A stretch of 64,000 nt of DNA from Podarcis cretensis (taxonomy: Eukaryota), in assembly GCA_951804945.1 (NCBI GenBank), contig OX638149.1, forward strand, positions 37,138,001-37,202,000. Reading direction: 5' to 3'. Below the pieces are notes generated by a model. The model saw only the letters and a list, made by a program, of their open reading frames with translations, searched no databases and was not told where the DNA came from. Numbering within the stretch: the first letter of the stretch is position 1; each line of letters starts with the position of its first letter. Made by a program: the position numbers and the translations under genes. This document shows, one piece after another, positions 1-11,687 of this stretch.

Positions 1-704
1 TTCATATTTATCTCAAAGTAATCCTTCAATGCTTTCTGGGCCTTCTTAGTAATCTCCTGATCTCTGAACAGGTTGTCATTCATCTTCCATCTAAAAGAAC
101 CAGTTGGTAATAGTATCATATCCATTTTCAGTGCGTTATGGTCGGAGCAGGTTTTTGGGCAGATTTCCACCTTTCTGACCTTCGGTGCCAGACCTCTAGT
201 TATCCATATTTGGTCGATTCTTGTCCAAGTCAGCTGAGCTTCAGAGAAGAATGTTCCTTCTTTTCCCAAGGGATTCTTCGTTCTCCAAATGTCAATCCAG
301 TCCATATTGTCAGTCAGTTCAAAAAAGGTCTTTGGTAGTCTGCCATCTTTAGTGACATTCTGACTTTGTGACTTATCCATGTTTGTTGATACGACCCCGT
401 TCCTGTCTCCCATCATGATGATGTTGTCATAATCCAGATGTTCCAGCATAGTCTCATGCAACTTCTTGAAAAATTCCGACTTCCCTTGTCACCTTCAAAA
501 TAAATAGGTCAGTGACAGCATCTGCAATGTCTGCTGAAGGTCTCAGGTTCAGTCCCTGGAATCTCCCAGGTATAGCTGGGAGAGTAAATTGGCTAATTTC
601 ACAGAGAGCCACTGCCAGTCAGTATACTGAGTTAGATGGACCAATGGTTTAACTCAGTTTCCTATGTAATATCTCAGTTATATTCAGGTACTTCTTGGGC
701 AAGG

Positions 705-985
705 TTCCCTCACTGCGAGAGGCCAAGTTGCAGGGAACCAGGCAGAGGGCCTTCTCGGTGGTGGCGCCCGCCCTGTGGAATGCCCTCCCATCGGATGTCA
801 AGGCGATGGACAACTACCTGACATTCAGAAAACATCTGAAGGCAGCCCTGTTCAGGGAAGTTTTTAATATGTGACATTTTAGTGTATTTTTCATCTCTGT
901 TGGAAGCCGCCCAGAGTGGCTGGGGAAACCCAGCCAGATGGGCGGGGTACAAATAATAAATTATTATTATTATTATTATTATTAC
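705..985 (+). mobile_element. 3' fragment of the same L2 family
   Basis: Matches the 3' end of 33243-34360 (cagagggccttctcggtggtggcgccc...gggcggggtacaaataataaa(tta)n). Confidence 0.85.
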
Positions 986-1781
986 TTAGTTCTGAGTATT
1001 CAGTAGCTTAAGTACACTATCATCTTTTTTATTTAAAGCTCACAAGAAATGACTCTCCTGTCCCAATTATATAATTCACAGCTCCTTAGAAAATATCCTA
1101 AAGTTTGTCCACCAGTTTCTGGGCTCTGTTGTTGTTGTTCTAAACTCTCTGGATCATCTTTTGAAGGCTTCAGGGCTTGATGCCTCTACCAAGCTGATAA
1201 GATGGCCTGTTGTACTGTTAAATAATATCCTAGGCTGCTGTGTGCTCTTATGGCTTGCCAAGAAAAGCACTGTTGCTTACCAAAATATCCAGCAAGTCAA
1301 CATAAACATATATCCAGCCAGCCTAATATGCTGCTACCTTCTTCTACTAAGAATACATTTAACTTTTATTTTTGTTTTAAAAAGCTATTAGCATCTTCCC
1401 ACAAATCATTCTAATAAATACAGTTCAGACCACCAGTGAAAAGCAGTCCAGGAAAATGCCATCAAATTATTATGATTTCTAAAACACATTTAAATCCAAG
1501 GCAAGCTCTCCCTGCAGGCTTACAAACTAACAGACCTAAGCAGAATCTGCTGGTAGAATCTAGAGTGAGGAGGTAAAAGCTGAGATGTTTGCATTGGAAA
1601 TTTATTTTAAAGAGAGATGGCTCACTGCAAAATCCCCTGTTGTTCTCTGACCTTCTTCTCACATGCAGAACCTCTACAATCCACTCACTTTATCCTCCCT
1701 CCTTGGAAGGGTTCCCAGGTCTCCTGCTTTGGCCCAGTGCATCTAGACCTGGGGCCCAATATTTGGGCTATCAAGGCTGTA

Positions 1782-2015
1782 CAGTGGTACCTCAGGTTAC
1801 ATACGCTTCAGGTTACATATGCTTCAGGTTACAGACTCCGCTAACCCTGAAATAGTGCTTCAAGTTAAGAACTTTGCTTCAGGATGAGAACAGAAATCGG
1901 GCTCCAGCGGTGCGGCAGCAGCAGGAGGCCCCATTAGCTAAAGTGGTGCTTCAGGTTAAGAACAGTTTCAGGTTAAGTACGGAACAAATTAAGTACTTAA
2001 CATGAGGTACCACTG
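1782..2015. mobile_element. Tc1/mariner-type MITE
   Basis: TIR cagtggtacctc...gaggtaccactg, TA TSD. Confidence 0.88.
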
Positions 2016-3737
2016 TAACTCAAATGTGAAGACTGTAGGGCCTGTCCTGGAAGACTGAGGGGTGGGGGAAGCTGGTAAATGGGAATGTCACGACATCTAT
2101 ATTCCAGACTCTTCAGAGGCAGGGGATAAAAACCTTAGACACATGACAGAATTTAACCTCAAGGAACCACACAGCGCATTTACCTTCACCTGCAGCCCTT
2201 GAAGGTAGCGAAGGGCCCCAAAGGCCAAATCCTGCAATGTTATAATCAACAACCTAACTCTTCTCATACAAATGGAGGCAGGAGATACAACTGTCCTCCC
2301 AGGAAATATATACCCTGATGGTTCCAATAACACTAATATAGAGCCACGAAGGCTACCATTCACCCTGGGCTCCTTGGGGAGGAAAGGCATAATATAAATT
2401 TATTTAATCTAATTACATATAGTTTTATTACTAAATTTAGAAAATCCTATATATACTCACTTGCTACCTGGGAGCCAACCCCCTTGAACTCAGGATGAGT
2501 TCAGCTGTTAGGCTTTCTCATTTTCTTCATTTCCCTTTTCTTCATTTCCTTTCCAAATACAAAAACATATACCGTACTTTCGCATGTATACACATGCGTA
2601 TATTGAAGGTGTGAAAGGCTCTTTTCTGTGAGGCCCCATTACCTTCAGTAGCTTAGGGCCTCATCAAACCTAAATCTGACCCTGAGCCGAACTATGAAAT
2701 TCACTTCCACAAAATGTAAAGGATCACATAAATTCACGGTGAACAAGGCTATCAATGGCTACTAGTTATGATGGCTATATTATTATTATTACTGCTGCTA
2801 TAACCATAACTAAAAAAACCCCCCACAAACCGATGTGTAGATGTGAACTCATCTCAATAATGGAAAAATGAGAAATGGAGAGAAGTCAAAACCAAGAGCC
2901 CTCCCCGTTCCTAATTGCTCTACACAATTATACATACAATATAATGAATCTTATAAACTTCCTGACTTTGTTGCTCAGTTCAATCTCATGGCAGGGTCTT
3001 TATATGTACTATGGTGTTTTACGTATTATGATCTTGTTGCTTTTTATTGATTTTAGTTTAGTAATGATTTATTGCAGTTGTTGAGAGTAAATTATTTTAA
3101 ATTATTTCCTGATATTTTGAGAGTTAATTTTATTGCGCAATTTATTCAAAGTGGATTATCAACGATGACCTTATTTCATATAAGTTGCTTCTTTTAAAGT
3201 AATATGTTTTATTGTGACTTTTTTGTATTGGGTCAGATTGTTAGAGGACGTGTGATCCTTGTTGTGTATTTTGTTGCTTCTACAGCTTGTAAGTGGCCTT
3301 GTGTATAGAAAGGCAGTATACAAATTAAAAGTGAAGTGGAATGAATGTAGGGGCTGAGAACGTACTTGCATTTGCATGCATTCACTCCACCAGCATCCGA
3401 TCGCAGAGATTTCAGTTCTGAAGACTCAGAGATAGAACTGAAGCCTGAAGACTGGCAGCTGAAACAAACAATGGCAAAACTGGTGACTCAAATCAGTGGA
3501 AGGTGAGAAGGCTTTCCCCCCACTGCTTCCTTTTCTTGTCAGGTTTTTTCCTTGCCCTCCTGCTGGTTACAGACTGGCATTGTTTTCTTCATGTTCTGGG
3601 GAAATGAGGGGGCCTTGAATCCAGCAGATCAAAAGCCTCCCCCAGTCTGCCCCTGACACGCTCCAAAAACAACCCATTCTTGCCTTTATTGCCTCCAGAG
3701 CAGCTTGGCAATAGCACAGCTTCCCATTACCTATCAT

Positions 3738-4094
3738 AAAGGTAAAGGCAAGGGGACCCCTGACCATTAGGTCCAGTCGCGGACGACTCTGGGGTTGCAG
3801 CGCTCATCTCGCTTTATTGGCCGAGGGAGCCGGCATACAGCTTCCGGGTCATGTGGCCAGCATGACTAAGCCACTTCTGGCGAACCAGAGCAGCACACGG
3901 AAATGCTGTTTCCCTTCCTGCCGGAGCGGTACCTATTTATCTACTTGCACTTTGATGTGCTTTCGAACTGCTAGGTTGGTAGGAGCAGGGACCGAGCAAT
4001 GGGAGCTCACCCCGTTGTGGGGATTCAAACCACTGACCTTCTGATCGGCAAGCCCTAGGTTCTGTGGTTTAACCCACAGCGCCACCTGTGTCCC
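3738..4094 (-). mobile_element. Sauria SINE (subfamily A), full length
   Basis: tRNA-derived head gggacacaggtggcgctgtgggtt on - strand, (ACCTTT)n-type tail, TSD cctatcat. Confidence 0.9.
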
Positions 4095-4985
4095 TATCAT
4101 GGCAACTGGCAAAAAGGCCATTATTAAACTTAAGCTCTCAAATACATAGCTATGAACCTAGGATGTACAGTTTAGAAGTTGTTATCTTCTTTTTGTTGTT
4201 CTTTTTTTAAAAAGTTCTTGTTCTTTTTTTAAAAAATAAATGCTTTCTTAAAAAAAAAAGATGTCACCAATGTATTGTCTTAGATATGGACAACGTTAGG
4301 TGTACATTGTGATTAGAAGGCTGTAAGTCACAGCAGTGTATTCAGAGCAGAAAAATACAAAGGCAAGTGCTATAAATTCATACAAATAATTAGGCTTGGC
4401 AAATCTTTTGTTTTCCTTATGTAGGTAAGACAAATTGATCCAATTGAATATTATACCTCGCTTAAGAATGCAAAACTCTTGAGAGAGTAAATTGCTTTTA
4501 TGATTGTCTGATGTTATTTTCTTAATGATTCTGGAGATTGTCAATCTAGTTACACCAAAACGAAGCATTAATCTGGGATATTTGAAAGGCATGATTTATG
4601 CCCATGTACATTTCTCCTGGAAATTTAAAGTAAATTAGAATAGACAACGCATAAATTTTCGGAATAAAGAAACAAAGGAAATATTCAAGTTGTGTGGTCA
4701 TTTTTGGCTCATCAGGGTGGCACTGTAGAATTGTTTAGTTACAGCCTTCAGATGGAAGCATGGATTTTAATTCTGTTGGTTATGGCAAGGCTTGTGCTTT
4801 TGAACACATTTTTTTTATATAAAAAAATAACGGTGGTGGGGAAAAAACAGACTTTCTTTTAAAAAACATCCCTTGCTGCAATAAATCAGCTTGATGGGTA
4901 TATACCTCCTAAAATGATTTATGTCAAAGGAGCATAAGCAGAACAAGCCTAATACCTATTTAAACACAGAACTAAAATGAAAGTA

Positions 4986-5253
4986 CCGTATTGGCCTGAA
5001 TATAAGCTGCACCTGAATATAAGACACACCTTTAAAATTCAAGGGGGAAAAAAGAAGAAAAGACAATACCTGAATATAAGCCGCTCCCTTAAAATTCCGC
5101 AGGCACTCACCCCCATTCTGTTTCACCATATGTCTGTTTCAGCAGCGATATCATAAAAGCCAATTTTTGTAAGGTCGTGAATTTAAGCCGCACTTTAACT
5201 TTTCACAGTCAGAATTTGGGGGGAAAGTGAGGCTTATATTCAGACCAATATGG
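4986..5253. mobile_element. pogo/Tigger-like MITE
   Basis: TIR ccgtattggcctgaatataagc / gcttatattcagaccaatatgg, TA TSD, internal tgaatataag repeats. Confidence 0.8.
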
Positions 5254-6581
5254 TAATTTACATCTATTCATAGGGAGAAACGCTGGTAGGACTTCTGCAC
5301 CACAATGTATTTTATTTGAGAAGAATAAGCAAACTCATAAAAAGCATCATGGTGGTATACAATAACACCATTAAAACATAAAATTCTAAAATAATACAAA
5401 AAAAATCCCCACTGAGGAATGGGTAGATTTGGGCTCCGTGTCGGGCTAGGACTGCTTATGAAATCCATTTTAAGCACAAAAACTAAAGATTGCTAAAGAA
5501 GCCACAGTGTGTTGGCAACTAACTTGGGTCTTTTATTTTTAGTGCAAATGCAAAAACATACTACCAGCTCTGTCCATACATCCTAGGAGGAATCCAAGCA
5601 GAAATGCAGCTGGAGAAAACCATGGAAGAAAGAGCTTCATAGAACAGCACAGTCCCACCCCCCCAGACCATTGTTCCGTAGTTGTGTTCCTGGGCGCTTT
5701 TTGCAACTGGTCCTGGTGCTTGCTGCCAAAGAGAAGGAGTCCAGTCTCCCCAAATGTTCCCATGGCAAATGTTAGGTAACTTTTAACGACAAAGAGTCCT
5801 ATTGCTTCAGTGCTGGCATGATTCAATAGATCCCAGAAAGCTTGAGGTCAGTGATAGTTCATAGCATCATAATTCGCCTTCATGACTGCCAGGCCTACAG
5901 GAAGCCCATTCAGGCACCTGATTGTTGCAAAAATATTTTTGTAAACCAAAGGCTTCTCTATTCATTGTCCCAGAAATGTTGTTTTGGAGTTCAAAAGGAA
6001 TGTATCCGATCTCAAGGCCCCAGAGCCAGGTATTAGGGGGTGGGGGAGACGCGTAGATTAAACTATGTATTTCAGATGCAAAACTTGAACCTTTTAGAAA
6101 GATGCTGCCATGTGTCTGTATTTTTAAAAAATGATAATCTAAGTGCTCAGGGTAGCCAATGTTCCGGAAAAGCTCTCAGCAGGAACTGTAATATGGAACT
6201 CACTGCTGCTTCGTTGCTCAGCATCACCTCAAGACATCTGCTAAAAATAAAGCTATAATGGGTACATTGTTCTTGGACTTTTGTTGTTGTTAAATAACCT
6301 GTTACTACACTATGGACAAATAAGGTTCTTCTTGGCCATCAGTCCATTTTAGCTGTTACTTCTTTTTACCCCACTGAAACGCTGATTACCAAGCTTCCCA
6401 GCAACTTTTCGCTCAAGGAGCCCATGCTATTTTTGATATTTCTAGCAACTATTCAACTCTTTAACTCCCCCCCCCCCAATTGGTTGCCACCAGCTATTTC
6501 TTCCTCTGTCTCTTTTCTTCTGCACCTTCTGCACCCCATAGTGGTCACTCTGGGTGCCATTCTTAGTCCCTTACATTTCTC

Positions 6582-6760
6582 ATAGGAAGCTGCCTTTACT
6601 AAGTCAGACCATTGGTCCATCCAGCTCTGTCTTGTCTACACTGACTGTAGTGGCCTCCAGAGTTTCAGGCAGAAGTCCTTCCTAACCCTACCTGGAGATG
6701 CTGAGGTCTGAACCTGGGACTTTCTGCATGCACAGCAGATGCTCTGCTGCTGAGTTATCA
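6582..6760 (-). mobile_element. Older tRNA-derived SINE (related copy at about 530-668, + strand)
   Basis: cataggaagctgcc...cagaccattggtccatccagctc...gaacctgggac; reverse-complement similarity to 530-668. Confidence 0.55.
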
Positions 6761-6809
6761 GCCTTCCTCCTGGCTGTATATTCTTTCCATTGGACTTAGC
6801 ATTGTGTTA

Positions 6810-7166
6810 AAGGTAAAGGGTAAAGGGACCCCTGACCATTAGGTCCAGTTGTGGCTGACTCTGGGGTTGCGGTGCTCATCTCACTTTATTGGCCGAGGGA
6901 GCCGGCGTATAGCTTCCGGGTCCTGTGGCCAGCATGAGTAAGCCACTTATGGTGAACCAGAGCAGCGCAGGGAAATGCTGTTTACCTTCCTGCTGGAGCA
7001 GTACCTATTTATCTACTTGCACTTTGACGTGCTTTCGAACTGCTAGGTTGGCAGGAGCAGGGACCGAGCAATGGGAGCTCACCCTGTCGTGGGGATTCGA
7101 ACCGCCGAGCTTCTGATCGGCAAGTCCTAGGCTCTGTGGTTTAACCCACAGTGCCACCCACTTCCC
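6810..7166 (-). mobile_element. Sauria SINE (subfamily A)
   Basis: Homologous to 3738-4094; TSD cattgtgtta (6800-6809 / 7171-7180). Confidence 0.9.
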
Positions 7167-7622
7167 TTTCCATTGTGTTAGCCACACCCTTCTAGGTTAC
7201 TATTCTGCATCTGACCTTTCCTCAACTGCTGTGTTTCATGAGTCTGCTTCACCAGTATTTCAAGCTGAGCCCAAAACAAAACCCAAAGGTCCCAAATCTT
7301 ACCATCTTAATCCTCTGTGTCCAACATCTCTGTGTCATTGCCAAAGTGACACAAAACCCAGGCTGAGAGAGGCCATGGAAGGATTGGAGTTGTCACCAAC
7401 CATCTGGTAATTCCTCACTGGCCTCCATCTGACGCTTTCAAAACTGTGATGGTAAGGCACTGGCAACTCTAGTAAGATGGATTGTAAATGTGAAAATTAG
7501 TGCTAATGTAGAAAGATAAGATGAATATTCAGACTCAGTTGATCTGCTTGAACTTTCAAAGTGTTTCTTTGTACTCTAATGGATGTTCAAGGTGTTAGAC
7601 TGTCCTGAGTATTTGTGAGATA

Positions 7623-7831
7623 CAGTCAAACCTCGGTTCCCGAATGCCGAAAACCTGGAAGTAAATGCTCTGGTTTTCGAATGGTTTTTGAAAGCTGAAC
7701 GTCTGGTTCAGCTTCCACTTGAGTACAGGAAGCTCTTGCAACCAATTGGAAGCCACGCTTTGGTTGTCGAACGTTTTGGAAACTGAATGGACTTCCGGAA
7801 TGGATTACGTTCGACAACCAAGGTTTAACTG
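7623..7831. mobile_element. Tc1/mariner-type MITE, second family
   Basis: ta-cagtcaaacctcggtt...aaccaaggtttaactg-ta. Confidence 0.78.
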
Positions 7832-8367
7832 TATTGTATTTGAAAATGGTAGTCATGATTGGTGCAGGGTTTTGCAAATAAAGGAAAAAGAATTGGTCTA
7901 GGCAGGAAATGGAAAACAAAACAAATACTATACATAACAGCATAAACAGGAAGCATATATTTTAACTGGACAAATATATTTCATTATTAGTAAATGTAAC
8001 ATGCTCTTAACAAAAAGCTTCTAGGAAAAAAGCCTGTTTCCTTCTTAGAAAGACGGTTTCCACCAATGAATTTTAAGGTGTAGTAAAATTATACTTTTTT
8101 AAAAATACGAAATATATTAATAAATTAAGGACAAAAACTGTTGCTGGGAAACTTAATTGCCAGGATATTTATTTCTTCAGCCCAAGGTCAGAGTCAGACT
8201 ATCTTTTATACCTTGGAATTGTTTTAGCGACTACAACAATAAGTTTATTAGAAACAAGAGAACAAATGTAGGTCCTTCTGAAGCCAAAGGATGGTGTCTC
8301 TGGACACTCAATTAATTTCTACGTCTGGCATTTTATCCTCAGGAACTTTGGACACCAAATACTTCTG

Positions 8368-8658
8368 TCAGTTTGGACAGACTGCTGGCTCATGCCTTTG
8401 ATCCAGCACCAACATAGGCATTTGCATGGCTGACTCCTTGTCTCTTTTGAGGCAACGAAACAAAGTTACTATGTCCTTACGGAATTTAGAACTCATGCCA
8501 ATATAGATGAATGGGTTGTAAAAACTGGCAGATTTGGCAAAAAGGCTGGCTAGGCTACTGGTGAGTGCAGGCACCTGAAACCCACATGCTGACCACATGG
8601 AGATGACCGCATAAGGAGACTAGGCCAAGAGAAAGGCTGAACAAATTACAAATGACAC
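8368..8658 (-). pseudogene. Terminal coding exon (TM6-TM7-helix 8) of an OPN5-group / neuropsin-like opsin, probably OPN6-like, with an in-frame TAG at the TM6 Trp
   Basis: After ttcctctag the exon reads VSFVICSAFLLA*SPYAVISMWSACGFQVPALTSSLASLFAKSASFYNPFIYIGMSSKFRKDIV...PN*. The Schiff-base Lys codon is at 8535-8533, with NPxxY and FR motifs following. The phase-0 acceptor is at the same position as the TM6-TM7 exon of OPN5 (VAMLICAGFLIAWIPY). TAG at 8622-8620. Subfamily assignment is from memory. Confidence 0.88.
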
Positions 8659-8905
8659 CTAGAGGAATAGAAAAGAGGTTGAGGGCACCAAATCTGTAAA
8701 TACCACATTTCATTTCACATAATACGGCGATTCTAGAATTACTGCAGTTTTTGGAAGAACATTTTAGTTTTATAACTACGGAAATATCCACTCTAAAGAA
8801 AGGAAAGCTTTTCAAAAACCTCCATGCATTAACTAACTAAATGAAAGGCAGATTTGTTCTCCCTCTCTCTGTTCAAAAAAATCTTATGAAAAATAAGAAA
8901 AAAAT

Positions 8906-9255
8906 GGTGTATGTGGCAGCAAAGTTGGCATCTGGGTTTATTGCAGGCTCTGGTACCAGTGTCCATGTTAAGACTGGTTGCTGTATTATTGTGGGTGAGG
9001 ATTTGTTTAAGATTGGGTGGCTGTCTGTAGGCAATGAAAGGACTACCTCCCACAGCTTGATGCCAACTTTGCTGCCACATACACCCAGACAACACCATCA
9101 CTGGACCCAACAACATCAAACATACCATCTCAGGTCTATTCAATTGGTCATCTTCTAACATACCAAGAACAAACTTAGTTGGTCTCTAAAGTGCTACCGG
9201 ACAATTTTATTTTCCCTCCCGTCTGTGTCAGACTAACACGGCTACCTACCTGTAT
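8906..9255. mobile_element. Rearranged Penelope-like fragment with an internal inversion
   Basis: - strand PFIAYRQPPNLKQIL...ACNKPRCQLCCHI, continued on the + strand, then terminal-repeat sequence ataccaagaacaaacttagttggtctctaaagtgctac...cagactaacacggctacc. Confidence 0.8.
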
Positions 9256-11322
9256 CAAGAAAAAATTGTGTTTTTAAATTTATTTCATTGCATACATATG
9301 TTGTACTGATCCTCTATCCACTATTTAAGGGATAGAGGTCAACAAAGTGAAGGATGGTTAGGTGAGATTTTTCTTCTCTTCCACCCACACACCACCAGAT
9401 GGGGAAAGTGCTCCTTACTTGATCTTTGTTAACTAAGTGTGGCAATTAGTGTTATTTATTTGCAACACATGTATCAAACCCTTCATCAAGGACTTCAGAG
9501 TGATATGGCTGGGATTTCCAGAAAGCCTTCCCTCTAGGTACTTGCAAGACCAGCTTAATGTCATGGACGGAATTAAATCAGGAGGTTTCAGATAAAATTA
9601 GGGTTGACATATTTCAAATAGTAAAATTCCTGATACCCACAAAGTTGTTGAGCATTTTTTGGGATCAAACCCAAATTGTTTAACTTTTGGGGGGAAACCT
9701 ACCCCCCCATAGTGATTTTAAGCTTTTTGAGTGGTTTTCCATGGCATTTTCCCTAACATTTTGCCAATTCAGCAAAATATCCCCCCAAAGCCATTTTTAC
9801 ACCTGAAATCCGGGACATGTCAGGAGTTTTCCTGACGTATGGCAAGCCTAGATAAAATATTGTACTTGAATAAGAATACATTTTCTGCTTATGTGCTTGA
9901 GCAAGGCAGTATCTTTTCACCTCAGACCACTCTCCGTAAAATAGGGATACAAATAAAGCATATCTCGTAAAATAGGGCTACAAAGAAATAAAGAGTTTGA
10001 GAGACCACATTAATTCCTAGATGCCATGAAAATGGAAATGGACCTTGAGTATAAATATTTAGGGAGGAATAAAATGCCTGAATTATTTTAATTTTTAGGC
10101 TCTCAGCCTTCAAGGAAAATGTGGTTTATTATACTTTGCACCGTTTGTCTTCTTTGAAAATAGGCAGGGGTTTCAGATAGTTCTCAAACTTCGAACAAGG
10201 AATGTGTGTCCTAAGTCTTGTGACCACATCTCAATATTTGTTGAGTTGTATCTGACTAAATCATACAGGTCCAGACCCATTGAAATCAATGGGCTTAAAC
10301 CAGTCGTGCCAGTTGGGTCTTCTCTTAATATGATGTGCCTACAGCCAACTCAACAGAATTATCTGACAAAAATGTAAAGCATAATGCCAAATGGTTTTTT
10401 GTCTCCGTTTTGTTTAGCCAGATAGTGACTGATCTCATAGGTCTGCTAAGGAGCAGTTTGGGAGCAAGAACTGTGCTTGATTTTTTGCATTAAAGGACAC
10501 AGTTCTGATCAACAGCAGTGCCATGATAATCCTTTTGCTCTATTTCTATGCTTTTTGTTAAGCTGGGACCAGCTAAGCTGTGGAACCATCAATCTTAGCA
10601 AACTGCTAATAACGATATTGGTCTATTGCTACATTCTCACTTTACTTTCTCAGGTGGACGGGATGGAATCCCATTTCACAACCATGGATTTCAATACTGA
10701 TGATTTCCAGCTGTTTCTCTTCTGCAGACCACATCCTCTCAGTCCAGTCCAGTATCTCTGCCAGTCTGCCTGATATATTCACTGGGGGTGTCTCATTGCT
10801 ATCTCAAATTCAACAGTCCAAGTCTTGACTAATTTTTGTCCCAGGATGGCTTACTCCAGACACACAATCTAGGCTTTATCTTTGACCCTTCTGCTCAACA
10901 CATCAAATCCTTTCCCTAGTTGCGGCCCCTCTCCCTTCTCCTTGTACAACACTTAAAGAACTCCAGCCTTTCTTCTGTACTCTTGGCTAAAACGTTGGTT
11001 TATGCTCTGGCCATACCTGTTGCAATCTTCTTCCCTGGCCATCCCCTATGAACTCTTTTCCTTCTATCCAAAGCACCACTGCCAAAATTATTCATCACTC
11101 TGATTGCTCAGGATCATGACATGCTCTTGACTAGGTACAACCAGAGGTGGCTGCAATGCAAGGATTGAGGGGGAAATGTTGGGCTGATGCGAAACATATG
11201 GATCTTCTAAAGTGGTGGGCAACAAGACAAAATCATGTCCTGTCTCTGATGCCATTTCACATTAGTTCCAAATTATACAGCCGAATTTTAAATTTTTGTT
11301 GGGGGTACCCATACATCAAGTA

Positions 11323-11687
11323 GGGACGCAGGTGGCGCTGTGGGTTAAAGCCTCAGCGCCTAGGACTTGCCGATCGAAAGGTCGGCGGTTCGAATCCCTG
11401 CGGCGGGGTGCGCTCCCGCTGCTCGGTCCCAGCACCTGCCAACCTAGCAGTTCGAAAGCACCTCCGGGTGCAAGTAGATAAATAGGGACCGCTTACCAGC
11501 GGGAAGGTAAACGGCGTTTCCGTGCGCGGCTCTGGCTCGCCAGAGCAGCGATGTCACGCTGGCCACGTGACCCGGAAGTGTCTCCGGACAGCGCTGGCCC
11601 CTGGCCTCTTAAGTGAGATGGGCGCACAACCCCAGAGTCTGTCAAGACTGGCCCGTACGGGCAGGGGTACCTTTACCTTTACCTTTT
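11323..11687 (+). mobile_element. Sauria SINE (subfamily B), young
   Basis: gggacgcaggtggcgctgtgggttaaagcc head, ACCTTT tail, CpGs retained, 14-bp TSD acccatacatcaag. Confidence 0.92.

Noticed and set aside
2469-2512. Small minus-strand exon with a gtgagt donor
   Set aside because: Stops in all three frames; at most non-coding, with no other support.
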